Shown here piece by piece: positions 63,560 to 64,000 of a stretch of DNA of 64,000 bases (the stretch's first letter is position 1; each line of letters starts with the position of its first letter). The notes beneath the pieces were generated by a model, which saw only the letters and a list, made by a program, of their open reading frames with translations, was not told the origin of the DNA and did not search any database. The stretch comes from Macrostomum lignano (taxonomy: Eukaryota), in NCBI GenBank assembly GCA_002269645.1, contig NIVC01001282.1, positions 45,557-109,556 on the forward strand, in the 5' to 3' direction. A program made the translations under genes and the position numbers.

Positions 63560-63815
63560 TTTTTTATTACACCTGCCCTAATGGGTTGATGTACAAGCGG
63601 CTGAAGTACGGCTGCTCAGTCCAAGGACTGGGGGGGTCGCCACACACACCCTTAATTACCCCAGCTAATGCTGGCACCCATTTTACAGCTAAGTGAACTG
63701 AAGCAATGCAGAGTTTAAGTTTCTTGCTCAAAAGGCACAAAATTGTTTCGATTGGGTCAAGAATCGAACCCCCGACCTTTCAGTCATGAGTCTGACGCTC
63801 TAACCGCAACTAAAT
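63560..63815 (-). mobile_element. CORE-type SINE family B copy
   Basis: Reverse complement of the 49.9-kb element, including the tRNA-like head GGTTAGAGCGTCAGACTC...GGTTCGATTC. Confidence 0.78.
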
Positions 63816-64000
63816 ACGTGAGCAGATTAACAAAACTTTAGTCTAAAAAAATCGACCTGCTGCTGCAACTCAGAGAGAAGCTTCATCTCAGCACGCAGAC
63901 CGAACAACGCCCTGCCCTCAGGGAAGCCACAGTGAGGCTTCCCTGAAGCCCCCCACCCCCATTTTAATCCCAATTCTGTTTTCCTCTCTAAAATTCGTCA

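Overview
Intron-rich animal genomic DNA. GC-rich, poly-Q/poly-A-rich exons, minisatellite-filled introns, CORE-type SINEs and TTAGGG most resemble the flatworm Macrostomum; this is an inference, not proven. Genes reconstructed by eye from splice signals and family motifs: a terminal exon of a calmodulin-like gene (+); eIF5B (-, 6 exons over about 29 kb); a very divergent SLC6-like gene nested antisense in eIF5B intron 3; HACD/PHS1 (-, 2 exons); RPS27 (+, 2 exons); a tandem-domain receptor tyrosine phosphatase (+, about 16 exons) whose two domains both look catalytically dead; and a secreted PAN+LamG-like gene nested antisense in one of its introns. The rest is more than 20 distinct tandem arrays, two SINE families, a foldback/MULE-like element with a 9-bp TSD, hAT-like MITEs, LINE remnants and a short interstitial TTAGGG tract. 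Several genes carry single-base deletions in homopolymer runs, probably long-read assembly errors. Most long ORFs in the supplied track are artefacts of tandem repeats. No CRISPR array, rRNA or true tRNA gene was seen. All family calls rest on remembered motifs; no database search was run.
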